The position numbers and the translations under genes are program-made. From positions 88,627-129,809 of the IMG/VR virus record IMGVR_UViG_3300025035_000013: a stretch of DNA of 41,183 bases; one strand, 5' to 3'. The notes below the pieces were generated by a model, which ran no database searches, was not told the origin of the DNA, and was given only the letters and a program-made list of their open reading frames with translations. Below, piece by piece: positions 25,935 to 35,560 of the stretch; position 1 is the stretch's first letter; each line of letters starts with the position of its first letter. This DNA comes from a virus.

Positions 25935-27152
25935 TCAATCTCTAACTTTTTCAAAATTTGCTTTGCTAAATTCATTGCGAGCTACTAATTTGACAGGATA
26001 ATCATTATGATGAAAGATGTATCCTTCTGGGTGTGATTTCTTACCATTAATAGTATGTTCTAATGGATGGTCTGCATTATCTAATGTTTTAACTAATGTG
26101 TCTTTAGCTTGTTGAAGATGTTTATGCAGCTTGAAATAATTATCAAAGTGAGCAGAATTATTTTCTATATGATTGTGTATCTGTTGTGTTTTGGCTACTT
26201 TTCTCGCTTTTGCCTTTTCTGATTTGACGGATTCAAATTCTTTTTTCCCATTTGCTATGATATGAGACTTTAATCCTTCTGTAGAAGGAGGTTCATTGTG
26301 CCGAACGGTTTGATTAATATATGTGCTAACATGTTTACCTACCCCATGTACCGCATTATGCATATTAACCCCATTTTCTTGATGAATTTTCTTTGCAGCT
26401 TCTATGTGGCCATTTACTTCTGCTTTATCTGACTCTGAAAAATGAGCTTTGGATGTATCATTTGACGTGGACAAATTGTATGAATCATCGTGACTTGTTA
26501 GAGTATCGTGTTCGATTGGTTTAGCTGTTAGTTTACCATTTACCATAGAATAGCTAGTGTGCCATGCCGCGCCGAATCGTGCCTTTAATATCTTTTTTCC
26601 TTCCGCCGAGGATTTCTTAGCACTATATTTAATAGTATTTGGCTCGAATCCTACTTTATCACCCTCTTCTTTTTTCGTTTTACTTGTGAATAGCACATCA
26701 CCTTGATGAAGACCTTCTTTTGGTAATACCTTATGTGCATGGTCTAATGCATGATGTAATGGTTCTGCTACATATGGTTTATCTGAATGATATTTATCAA
26801 TATCAGCATGAGAATAACATATTTTAGCAGTATGTTCATTATCGGCGCCTACTTTATTTAATGCACTCTTATATGCAACACATTGCTTTCCATTAATAGG
26901 ATGTTTGCCTGCTACAACAGATATTCCACCATCTACCTTCGAAGTGAATGATGGATTGTGTTTACCATGTTCTATATGTTGTGCGGCGGATTGTAATGCT
27001 CCTATGGCATGTTCAGTACCAGCGTGCCCCAATTCGTGCCCTAAATCTTCTACATGCGATAAATGTGTTTTTACTTTTTCAGTATCAGCTGTTATAGATT
27101 CTAACAATTGATTATCATATGTTTCTAGTATGTATGCTTTGAACTTTAACAT
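25935..27152 (-). CDS. His-rich conserved T4-like protein (DUF6267-like) with ligase-type KxDG/EG/K motifs
   Basis: HL.H.ED, TSKVDGG, QGD.LF, F.PNTI.Y, EGY, VKLV.R.EFS..NF. Confidence 0.7.
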   Translation of the reverse strand: MLKFKAYILETYDNQLLESITADTEKVKTHLSHVEDLGHELGHAGTEHAIGALQSAAQHIEHGKHNPSFTSKVDGGISVVAGKHPINGKQCVAYKSALNKVGADNEHTAKICYSHADIDKYHSDKPYVAEPLHHALDHAHKVLPKEGLHQGDVLFTSKTKKEEGDKVGFEPNTIKYSAKKSSAEGKKILKARFGAAWHTSYSMVNGKLTAKPIEHDTLTSHDDSYNLSTSNDTSKAHFSESDKAEVNGHIEAAKKIHQENGVNMHNAVHGVGKHVSTYINQTVRHNEPPSTEGLKSHIIANGKKEFESVKSEKAKARKVAKTQQIHNHIENNSAHFDNYFKLHKHLQQAKDTLVKTLDNADHPLEHTINGKKSHPEGYIFHHNDYPVKLVARNEFSKANFEKVRD

Positions 27153-27207
27153 TTATGCCGTTTCTTCAATTGAACCAAATCTTATTTTAGCTTCTTTTAG
27201 TTTCATG

Positions 27208-28737
27208 CTATTTTACCAAGATTTCTGAATGTCCGATAGGTCTTTTAGCTCTTATCTCAATCCTATGTAATGTCTTTCCTTCACTGTTCTTAACTAAAAG
27301 AGAATTCCCATTTCCTTCTGATTGCGTATACGATAGTTTACCAGCCGCATTATATCTATTTGTTATATCTTCTCTTTCGTTTTTTATTTTAGTTGTTTTA
27401 GACTTTGGCGAAGTAGCTACTTGATATGTAGGAAACGCATGCGATGGTGCTACAAACTCAGTGATTCTATTTTTTTGCTCAGAATCTGATAGTGAACCAA
27501 GATGTTCTTTGATTTCTTTAACTTTATTTGCGGCATGTTTATAAGCAGATGCTCTTATTTCATCTGCCATTTTTCTGCCGGCTGGATTTGTATTATCTCT
27601 CGATAATTTAAATGCAACATGTTTCTGATGTTCTGACATAGAATCAGCATCATGCCCGTGTTTTTTTAATATATTACTTACTTCTAATCTATGATTGGTG
27701 TCGTGTTTAGTCAATGAGCCTATTGGCATACCCATTACTTGTTCGGTTGTTTTAGAACCTGTTTGCCCGGTAGTAATTTTATTATCTGCAATCTTCAATG
27801 AGTATCCTACTGCATGATGAAGGTTACCGGTTGCATCGTGACTAGACAACATTATATCCGCCCCACCAGAATGAGATTCATCTTTCTTACCTGTCAATTT
27901 TTCGTGGTCTGATTTTAATGACGTCCAAGATACTTTTACATGATGCTCTTTGTTTGCTAAAAGCTCTGGATGATTTGCTTTTATATGAGTATGAATTTCT
28001 TCCGCTGCTTGAACCGCATGTGAATGTGCTTCTTGATATGAAGCATCTGACAGTCCTTTTACCAAATTATTGTGTGCTTCTTCTGGTGTTCTGCCCTTTT
28101 CATCTCTAAAGTGGTCGGCATGGGTCAGATTGCCGTGTATCAGCCTGTTTAAATGCGCTGCGACAAGAATCTCATGTAGCTTACCTCTACTATCATTATC
28201 TAATGTAGCAGACTCGATTAACCAAGTTTCAAATGTTGCAATAATTGACTCTTTTAATGAATTTGCATGTTTTTCAGCAGACTGTCTAACTGAATCTTTA
28301 TCTTCCGCATCAGTATATGAAAAAGATTTCACTGCATCTTTACCGGGTTTATGCACTAAAAACCTATATGTAGATGGGTCATGGGTCACGATGAAAGGAG
28401 ATTCATTTATTTCTGTACCCTCATTATGTTTGCTAAGTTTTGAAAAGTGTTGCTTAAGATACATCTGTGCAGATAATCTGCCTTCTTTTGTCTTTGAAAA
28501 AGACTTCAATGTTTTGCCTTTGCCGTCTAATACATGCCACCCGTCTTTACCAGATGATACATAAGGCTTTTGTTTTACATTATCATGTGTTTTTAATTTA
28601 GCAATAAATTTAAAATTTCTAGTTTTATTGTCATCTTGCTCTCTTTTTTTCATTTTCTCAAGTGTTTTTAATGTCTGTTGAGATTTGGAAAACGTTGCCA
28701 TTGTTTTTTTGTGTTGTTCTGGTGTTGCTGTATACAT
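27208..28737 (-). CDS. His-rich multidomain protein with a C-terminal PD-(D/E)XK restriction-like nuclease
   Basis: RGKLHE...ADIML...VGYSLK; internal INE|S, LKE|S and LIE|S sites. Confidence 0.55.
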   Translation of the reverse strand: MYTATPEQHKKTMATFSKSQQTLKTLEKMKKREQDDNKTRNFKFIAKLKTHDNVKQKPYVSSGKDGWHVLDGKGKTLKSFSKTKEGRLSAQMYLKQHFSKLSKHNEGTEINESPFIVTHDPSTYRFLVHKPGKDAVKSFSYTDAEDKDSVRQSAEKHANSLKESIIATFETWLIESATLDNDSRGKLHEILVAAHLNRLIHGNLTHADHFRDEKGRTPEEAHNNLVKGLSDASYQEAHSHAVQAAEEIHTHIKANHPELLANKEHHVKVSWTSLKSDHEKLTGKKDESHSGGADIMLSSHDATGNLHHAVGYSLKIADNKITTGQTGSKTTEQVMGMPIGSLTKHDTNHRLEVSNILKKHGHDADSMSEHQKHVAFKLSRDNTNPAGRKMADEIRASAYKHAANKVKEIKEHLGSLSDSEQKNRITEFVAPSHAFPTYQVATSPKSKTTKIKNEREDITNRYNAAGKLSYTQSEGNGNSLLVKNSEGKTLHRIEIRAKRPIGHSEILVK

Positions 28738-28767
28738 AGTTAAATTCCTAGTAAAGTCATTAGTTAT

Positions 28768-30417
28768 TTATCGATAGCCGTCCCACGAATAATACTCATT
28801 CCTGTTATCATTGAGTATAGCATCTTCTACTCCATCATTATAGAATCCTGTCATACAAATTTGGTCTTCTAATTCTTTCACGTGATTGCTATGCATCGAA
28901 TGTCTTAAGTCACTATCAGTCAATTCATTGAAGAACCGTTGAGACACAAGCCATGCATGCATTATTCCGCACATCACCACATCATCATGAAATCCTTTGT
29001 CTGCTTCATACGACCCATTGTTGGATTGAATAAACGTGCTTAGTTCATGAATAAAATCATAATCATTTACAATCAATTGATTGTTGTCAATCATATCCTT
29101 TAAATTTGCGCATCCAATTCGTTTTGTTTTCTTAGTTGTTCTAACACCTGGATATGGGTCAGTACCTTGTTTGCCAAGTTCAGTGCCCGATTTTGTCCAA
29201 TGCATGTTTTCATATTCCAGTTCATTCCACAGAATATCTGCTACTTGCCCGCCGATGTCATTTATTTCTATCAATATGTATGCATCATTATATGTTGAAC
29301 CCACTTTCTGTAGTAATGATGCATATAAAAGAGGAGGTATTTCGTTGTTTCTATATTTTGCTACAATTCGATGTGGATATGATGTAATGTCAAAAATAAT
29401 AAAAGCAGAATAGTCTAAATGTCTGCCTCTCGATACATCAACCGACATCGAATATAATCTGTCCTTTTGTGGTTCCTGATATACCTGTAATCCCTTATAC
29501 TGATCAGTATATTCTTTAATAGGTATATCGTGTGTTAATCTCGCCAAAGTAGAACCAGACAATAATGTCATGCTAGAGCCCAAGAATTCACAGGAAAGCT
29601 CTTGAGATGCCTTTAGTTCACCTAATACCTCTATTTGTTTATTATACCATTCTTGTGTTCTGCCTGGCATATCGTACCAATGAACACGCAGGAAAGAAAA
29701 TCCGTTTTTCCCAGTTTCTGCTTCTCTCCACATCTTCTGAAAGTGATTGTAACCGTTCGGCGTGCTAGTTATATATACCTTAGTATTTTCGCCAGCAATG
29801 ATTGTTGGATAAACCGAAGTGAAGAACTCGTCCGCTATATTATTAGGAACAAATCCATATTCGTCAAGATACAGTAACTGAATTGATTTTCCTCGAATGC
29901 CGCTGGAAGAAGTGGCGGCGCCGAATATCTTACTCCCATTCTCTAATTCAATAGACCTTTTATTCCAAGAACTCACTCCTTGCTGCATCCATTTAGGCAA
30001 GTTAGAATATGCAAATCTAACGCGTTGCATAATTTCATCTGCCGTAGATTGTTTGTTGGCCAATATAGCAACAGATTTATTATCATTAAACAATATAAAC
30101 CAAACAAAATATGCAGCAGAGACCGAAGTCTTGCCATACTGCCGCGGAGTCATAAATATCACGCGCTTGTTCTCATGGTAGCATTTAACCATGTCTTCTT
30201 GAAATGGATATAAATCCATGAGAACCGCACCTCTATCTGGGTGCACTACAGTGATATAATGTCGTATAAAATATATAGGGTCTTTACTACATTTTATATA
30301 TTCCGCAATCATTTCTGGCGTGTATTCTACTACTGCGCCAGCAGGCCGAAGGTCATCAGAGCCTCTAAAGGAAAATATTTCTAATAATTCACGTATACTG
30401 TCCGGTAAACTAATCAT
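28768..30417 (-). CDS. gp17: terminase large subunit
   Basis: KC..DPIYF, PRQYGKT, ILANK, IRGKS, YLDE, TSTPNG.NHF, DVSRG...DYS, HDD.VM. Confidence 0.97.
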   Translation of the reverse strand: MISLPDSIRELLEIFSFRGSDDLRPAGAVVEYTPEMIAEYIKCSKDPIYFIRHYITVVHPDRGAVLMDLYPFQEDMVKCYHENKRVIFMTPRQYGKTSVSAAYFVWFILFNDNKSVAILANKQSTADEIMQRVRFAYSNLPKWMQQGVSSWNKRSIELENGSKIFGAATSSSGIRGKSIQLLYLDEYGFVPNNIADEFFTSVYPTIIAGENTKVYITSTPNGYNHFQKMWREAETGKNGFSFLRVHWYDMPGRTQEWYNKQIEVLGELKASQELSCEFLGSSMTLLSGSTLARLTHDIPIKEYTDQYKGLQVYQEPQKDRLYSMSVDVSRGRHLDYSAFIIFDITSYPHRIVAKYRNNEIPPLLYASLLQKVGSTYNDAYILIEINDIGGQVADILWNELEYENMHWTKSGTELGKQGTDPYPGVRTTKKTKRIGCANLKDMIDNNQLIVNDYDFIHELSTFIQSNNGSYEADKGFHDDVVMCGIMHAWLVSQRFFNELTDSDLRHSMHSNHVKELEDQICMTGFYNDGVEDAILNDNRNEYYSWDGYR

Positions 30418-30463
30418 CTTTTATTTAGGCGGCGCGAATTCGCGCAGCGGCAAATCAGAACCA

Positions 30464-32521
30464 TTACGTAACTCTGATGATGTCGCCACCAAGTCTTTTA
30501 GGTAATCCCATTCTTACATCTGTGTGGTCACCAATAGGGTGATGTACAGTTGTTTGACGTGGCTGTCGCCAGCCAGTTGATGTCTTTGGTTTTTCGTAAA
30601 AAGTAACTGGATATACTACATATTTTCTTTTTTCTTCCCTCTTGAGAGATTGATTGTAATTACTGTGGGTATGAATTTCAGGGTCTTGAATTTCAACATC
30701 GTGTTTATCAGGGAATTTAGACATGATAGCATCATGTACTTCACCCATTTTAGATTCTTTTAACTCTAATCTAAATTTGTCTCCAAACCGTCGGCGAGCA
30801 GCACTAGCTTCTTTCAATGACTTCGTTCTGGTTAATATTTCCCTTGCTTTAGCTGCCTCAGGAGATGCTGGATGTAATATATGAAGAGTGTTGTCTGAAA
30901 TATTATCTGGATTATGAAAAATTGAAGGACCTTCTTTAAAACTAGTAGATGCTGTAGCTGGAGATACCGCATTGATACCATGTTCATTAGGATGATTTAA
31001 TATATGGTGCGCTAGTTCCAATCCCCGAGCATCGTGGTAGCTAGATACTTTACGCTTTCCTTTAGTATCAGTCAGTGGCGCCGGTACCCGATGGTCAGTG
31101 TAATAATAACTCTTTCCTTCATGTGTTACCCGACCATTCCTATTTTTTTCGTCGTGATATTCTTTTCTCGTTTCGTTAGGATTTTCACCTTCTCCTGTAC
31201 CGGGAGTAGAATGAAGAATATCATATCGCCTAGTCGAGGTAACATTCATAACCTTTTTCCAGTTCTCTGCATCTTTCGGGTTATTATGTATCTTTTCTGT
31301 GCCATCTTTATTATCTTGTCGATGAGTAACTTTCATTACAGTATATGCAACACGAGCATCTTTACCTCGTCTACGCAGCAGGGAGTTAAGCTTAATATGC
31401 GCATCCACATCTCGTTTGTTTGCCGGTACTCCTTGGTCTGATATTGCTGTATTAATAGCCTTTTCTCTACTATGAGGATCTTTATCTGTTCCAGCCATTT
31501 TGCCGTATGTATCAGACCTGACTACAGCATGTGTTCCAGCCTTTACCCCAGCACTATGTGGGCCAAAGTGCTCTGAAATAGCATCTGCGTATTCAGTTTG
31601 TTGGTGTCCTGTTGTAACATCCGGCCGCACAATCACACCTTTATTATTCTTCTTTGCCTTCTTTGATATTTCATGAAGTTGATGAAACAATTCTAAATCA
31701 TGGTCTTTTCTGGCCGCAGCATTATGAGATGACCGCTGGTCATAAAAGTCTCTATGTCCTTTAACTGATTCAAAGCCGCCACACCCATTTTTGGCCAAGC
31801 ATGAATGGACACAATTACCCTTGCCATGACATGCATTTCCGTTTACATAATTTCCATGTAAATCAGTATAATGCCGCCTAATATCTGGATTGCCACCAAA
31901 GCCCAAGGTTTCATGTCCATTCTCTTCGCCTTTATTAATACCAGGCAAATCTGCTACTGTATCTGTTTTTGTTTTATTCCCAAGCACTTCGCCCAACTTT
32001 TTGGAGCGCATTTCTTTGACTCTTCGAGCATATTCTTCAGGATTATTTTTCCTTAAGTCTGCATATTCTCTAAAATTTGAAGTTATTTCCGACTTTCTAT
32101 CTTCCGAGGGAATTAGTTTTGGGTCAGCATGGCCATACAGTCTGAATAACTTTGAAATCCCTTCACCATTTGTTTCATGCTTAAATGCCTTTAATGCCTT
32201 TCTTGTGGTAGGAGAGGCAGGTCGGCCTGTTATTTTTTCATGGTTTGCAATATTGGATGCAGTACCTTCTTTGTTTTCGGTGGTGGGCTTACCATATATT
32301 GCATACGCAGTTCGTTTATCATACCCTGGTTTAGTGCTATCTGTTTCCACTCTATTAGATACGGGCTTTATATTAAATACTTTATGTTCAGTAGATTCAT
32401 CCAATATTGCAGTAGATTCGATTTTATCTGCTTCTGCTAGTGCTTGGCGAAGTTCTGCATACGAGGGTCCTGATGAAAATTCTAAAAATGATTTTACCCC
32501 TTGTGTTTTTGTATTTGTCAT
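30464..32521 (-). CDS. His-rich 685-aa protein with a CxxxxCxxxC motif, inserted between gp16 and gp17
   Basis: ACHGKGNCVHSCLAKNGCG, VR.DV..G; KSFLEF N-terminal motif; LDE|S, LKE|A, LKE|S sites. Confidence 0.65.
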   Translation of the reverse strand: MTNTKTQGVKSFLEFSSGPSYAELRQALAEADKIESTAILDESTEHKVFNIKPVSNRVETDSTKPGYDKRTAYAIYGKPTTENKEGTASNIANHEKITGRPASPTTRKALKAFKHETNGEGISKLFRLYGHADPKLIPSEDRKSEITSNFREYADLRKNNPEEYARRVKEMRSKKLGEVLGNKTKTDTVADLPGINKGEENGHETLGFGGNPDIRRHYTDLHGNYVNGNACHGKGNCVHSCLAKNGCGGFESVKGHRDFYDQRSSHNAAARKDHDLELFHQLHEISKKAKKNNKGVIVRPDVTTGHQQTEYADAISEHFGPHSAGVKAGTHAVVRSDTYGKMAGTDKDPHSREKAINTAISDQGVPANKRDVDAHIKLNSLLRRRGKDARVAYTVMKVTHRQDNKDGTEKIHNNPKDAENWKKVMNVTSTRRYDILHSTPGTGEGENPNETRKEYHDEKNRNGRVTHEGKSYYYTDHRVPAPLTDTKGKRKVSSYHDARGLELAHHILNHPNEHGINAVSPATASTSFKEGPSIFHNPDNISDNTLHILHPASPEAAKAREILTRTKSLKEASAARRRFGDKFRLELKESKMGEVHDAIMSKFPDKHDVEIQDPEIHTHSNYNQSLKREEKRKYVVYPVTFYEKPKTSTGWRQPRQTTVHHPIGDHTDVRMGLPKRLGGDIIRVT

Positions 32522-32937
32522 TTTGCTATTTGTTCCTGTAAAAGTTGATTTAAATCTTTGCTGCTTCCCGAAAATAATATATTTGTTTGATTTTGTACAG
32601 CAGTACCTACATTTGTTCCTGTTTTTTGCCCAGATTTAGCACTCTTTGCTTCTGCTTTATCTTTGTTTAATAGCAATAAATTCTTATTGACATCCGACAT
32701 CGTTTTTATGAGTCCACTCAATGCTGTGATAGCAGCGGGGCTTTCTGCTCCTCTAACTATTCGCATTGCGACTTCGAGTGCCTCGGCTCCCTTTTCTGCG
32801 AGTTCATAAGTACGAGTTCTAGCATAAATAAAGTCCTCATCCTCTGCACCATCTGGTACTACTGTCATTGAATTGCCCGCATTATCTATCACTTCCACTG
32901 GTTTCACGTCGAAAATCATTGCCAATTCTTTAGTCAT
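32518..32937 (-). CDS. gp16: terminase small subunit
   Basis: D..YAR...L...G..AL, ESP.A, N..F.GS..DL..LL; late promoter at 32965-32971. Confidence 0.88.
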   Translation of the reverse strand: MTKELAMIFDVKPVEVIDNAGNSMTVVPDGAEDEDFIYARTRTYELAEKGAEALEVAMRIVRGAESPAAITALSGLIKTMSDVNKNLLLLNKDKAEAKSAKSGQKTGTNVGTAVQNQTNILFSGSSKDLNQLLQEQIAK

Positions 32938-32941
32938 TTTA

Positions 32942-33703
32942 TCAAATCAATGTTGTTATTGATGTATTTATTACATAATCATCATCGACATTTGATGTTA
33001 TAGGGTCGACCTTAACTTCAATCTTAGTATGAGCTGGTTTCTGATACTCATAACCGATATTAGCAATGACATCTTTTATTATCGAGCTGTTTGTAATCAT
33101 TGGGCCAAAGAAGTCCAGTTGAGCAGCGAATGTAAAAATTTGATTTACTGTTCTAACATCTTCAGGAGAACCTTCGAATGCATCTTCTATCTGATATGAC
33201 TGCATTGTAATGGGTACATCTTTTGATATTTGATATTCAGGTAATATCTCATATGTCAATGATAGATACGGCTGAAAATAAGGTATAATTTGTTCTATAA
33301 TTTGCAAAGCATCATTCTGGTCTTTGGTCAGTGCATATACATTAAAAATAACATCATAGGGAGTAGGCGGATATATTTTTCCTCTGTTCCCTGCTATATT
33401 ACCCATTGCGTATGCTCCATTCACTCCAACTTTTCTATCTGGTGCATATCGAATATCAATCATTTCAAATGACATCCTAGGCAATGTCATTTTTACTTGA
33501 TGCGCAGTCAAATCATTTTGTTCTCGTATACGTCTTAACCATTTGTTTTTTGGCGCGTACTCAATTGGTACTTCATATACTTTTACTTTGTTCCCAGTTT
33601 CATCTCTCTTTGTAATAGTAATACCAGAAAATATGTCACCGAAGGCAGTGAAAAATCTTAATATAGATTCGTGATAAAACGGAGTTTGGCTGAATAAAGA
33701 CAT
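32942..33703 (-). CDS. gp15: tail sheath stabiliser / completion protein
   Basis: FYH..I.....FG..F, VPI.YAPK.KW, LPRMSFE, D.LQI.EQI.PYFQP. Confidence 0.92.
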   Translation of the reverse strand: MSLFSQTPFYHESILRFFTAFGDIFSGITITKRDETGNKVKVYEVPIEYAPKNKWLRRIREQNDLTAHQVKMTLPRMSFEMIDIRYAPDRKVGVNGAYAMGNIAGNRGKIYPPTPYDVIFNVYALTKDQNDALQIIEQIIPYFQPYLSLTYEILPEYQISKDVPITMQSYQIEDAFEGSPEDVRTVNQIFTFAAQLDFFGPMITNSSIIKDVIANIGYEYQKPAHTKIEVKVDPITSNVDDDYVINTSITTLI

Positions 33704-33706
33704 TAA

Positions 33707-33787
33707 TTACATACCACTATTATGTGCTGCGTAATAAGATTCCATTCCAGCTACAAGTCCTGCCATGCATTCTTTCATTGTTGACAT
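33707..33787 (-). CDS. 26-aa micro-ORF between gp14 and gp15
   Basis: MSTMKECMAGLVAGMESYYAAHNSGM*; GGAG 7 nt upstream; fills the gap exactly. Confidence 0.4.
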   Translation of the reverse strand: MSTMKECMAGLVAGMESYYAAHNSGM

Positions 33788-33789
33788 AA

Positions 33790-34608
33790 TCATACTCCGA
33801 ATGGGTTAATTACAGTTGATTTAACTTTTATAGCACCAGGTTTAAAATCAGTGCCGCTTTCTCTTATACTTATGATAGGCGTATCATCCACCAGCACAAA
33901 TCCTCCTTGTTCAAAACTTATGGCATATCCATTTTCTGCTAACAATTGATTATCTAGTATATCTTTTGAGTTCGATGCAAATATATCAATGTTTTCTATG
34001 CCAGTATTAATTTCTTCGTTGTTATATTGGAATGCTTCGCAGGATAGATAATACTGATAATTTCTTCCTAATGCAAAGAATTCTACATCATGGTCTACAA
34101 ATTTAATTTCTAATAGGAATTTTGTAATTGGGTCATATATTAAATCTCCTTCTCTCGGTCTGATATAATTAGTTATATCATATATTGATTCGTCTGTCGT
34201 ATTTTCGCCGAGCAGAACAGACCCTTCCTCCAATAATATAAATCCTACTCCCTGTTCTTTTAGTACTTTAAATTGATTATTATCAAATTGTGATGCTATT
34301 TCATCTTCCCATCGAGTTTTATGCACTACGAGTTTGTATGAATTTCTGATTTCTAATCCAAATTTAGAGAACATTTCTTTGTCGCCTTGGAATCCTTGAC
34401 TATCGACAAGATACATTTCAATTGGTATAGCAACCTTAAATTTACTAACAACATCCTCTCCCAGAATTAAATTCTCTATTTGTACGTCCCTAGGGAGATA
34501 ATAATAAGTTTCACCCATGAGTTGAATAGACTCACGGACAAAACCATCTATCAAATTTTGCTCTAATCCTCTATTCTTGTGAAAAAATGGGTTAATTAAA
34601 CTAGACAT
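33790..34608 (-). CDS. gp14: neck protein (head closure)
   Basis: NPFF, EQNL......ESI..G...YYLPR, SKFGLEIR, RPREGDLIY.P....LEIKFV. Confidence 0.92.
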   Translation of the reverse strand: MSSLINPFFHKNRGLEQNLIDGFVRESIQLMGETYYYLPRDVQIENLILGEDVVSKFKVAIPIEMYLVDSQGFQGDKEMFSKFGLEIRNSYKLVVHKTRWEDEIASQFDNNQFKVLKEQGVGFILLEEGSVLLGENTTDESIYDITNYIRPREGDLIYDPITKFLLEIKFVDHDVEFFALGRNYQYYLSCEAFQYNNEEINTGIENIDIFASNSKDILDNQLLAENGYAISFEQGGFVLVDDTPIISIRESGTDFKPGAIKVKSTVINPFGV

Positions 34609-34609
34609 A

Positions 34610-35557
34610 TCATCCTATGAAAAACGATAATGGAGCCGAGCTAATTATTGCATCATCTTGCAAGTTTTTAATTTCCTGTACGGCTTCGTCGTACGTGGTC
34701 TGTCCGTCATAAACAAGTCCGCCAGGCAATTGCATTCCTTTATATTTCTTTAAATTTGTCCCCCACTGCTTTTTAAACAATGCAGTAACATAATTCTTTA
34801 GCCATATATCGTTGTATACTTCAGTGTACTTTTCTTCGTCGATGGTATGATATACTTCGGCAGCAACAATATCACCTACTCTAACATCTGTACCCCATGC
34901 AATTTCCAACATCAATCGGTTCATGCGCCGGTTGAAAGAAAAATTCTTCTCTTTCTTTAATATAAAATCCAAATGTCCTAGATAATTTAATGTCTGCCAA
35001 TACATACTAGCGCCAGCTTTTGTTAGCGCTTGTAATTCAGTCATCATTATCTGATATTGCATATTGAACATATAATCAGATGAGCCCAATACACTCGTTA
35101 TGTTTAATATGCGTATTACACCAATAATATTTTCGCCTGCTTCAATCCAACCATTGTCAACATCTCCTAAAACAATTTCCCGGATAAATGTTGTACTAGA
35201 CAACTCGCTATTTTTAACCTCTTGATTTATAACAAATTTTTCGTATCCAATTTGGCGATTTATCGTTATTGTATTGGTAGATACCTCGACAATTTCTGCG
35301 AATGTTTTATTGTCCATAGCACTGACTTTAGTGCCTACTTTGAAGCCTGTAGTATCATCCAAAAATAATTTTGTGCCTGATATTTTGTGAACTAAATAAT
35401 CTCTCACTATCCCATCAAAGTGATATTCTTGATAATGCTCAATAGCAAGTGCTATATTATCCTCTATCTGCTCAGGTGTGATTTCAATATTATTGATGCC
35501 GCCACCGAGTTGTCTGAGTGCAAAATCAGCTAATTGTTGTCTACTATTAATTGCCAT
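34610..35557 (-). CDS. gp13: neck protein (head-tail adaptor)
   Basis: LRQLG...I.I...Q..D, EYHFDG, WLK.Y.TA..K.QWG.NL.K..GMQLPGG. Confidence 0.93.
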   Translation of the reverse strand: MAINSRQQLADFALRQLGGGINNIEITPEQIEDNIALAIEHYQEYHFDGIVRDYLVHKISGTKLFLDDTTGFKVGTKVSAMDNKTFAEIVEVSTNTITINRQIGYEKFVINQEVKNSELSSTTFIREIVLGDVDNGWIEAGENIIGVIRILNITSVLGSSDYMFNMQYQIMMTELQALTKAGASMYWQTLNYLGHLDFILKKEKNFSFNRRMNRLMLEIAWGTDVRVGDIVAAEVYHTIDEEKYTEVYNDIWLKNYVTALFKKQWGTNLKKYKGMQLPGGLVYDGQTTYDEAVQEIKNLQDDAIISSAPLSFFIG

Positions 35558-35560
35558 AGT

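Noticed and set aside
28768-30417. Intein or intron in terminase gp17 (a common site)
   Set aside because: Walker A PRQYGKTS is contiguous and the length is normal
19029-32639. Long antisense ORFs (19029-19625, 28070-28564, 31034-31441, 31890-32639)
   Set aside because: They lie almost wholly opposite well-supported genes and have the Ser/Phe/Leu-rich composition typical of antisense frames
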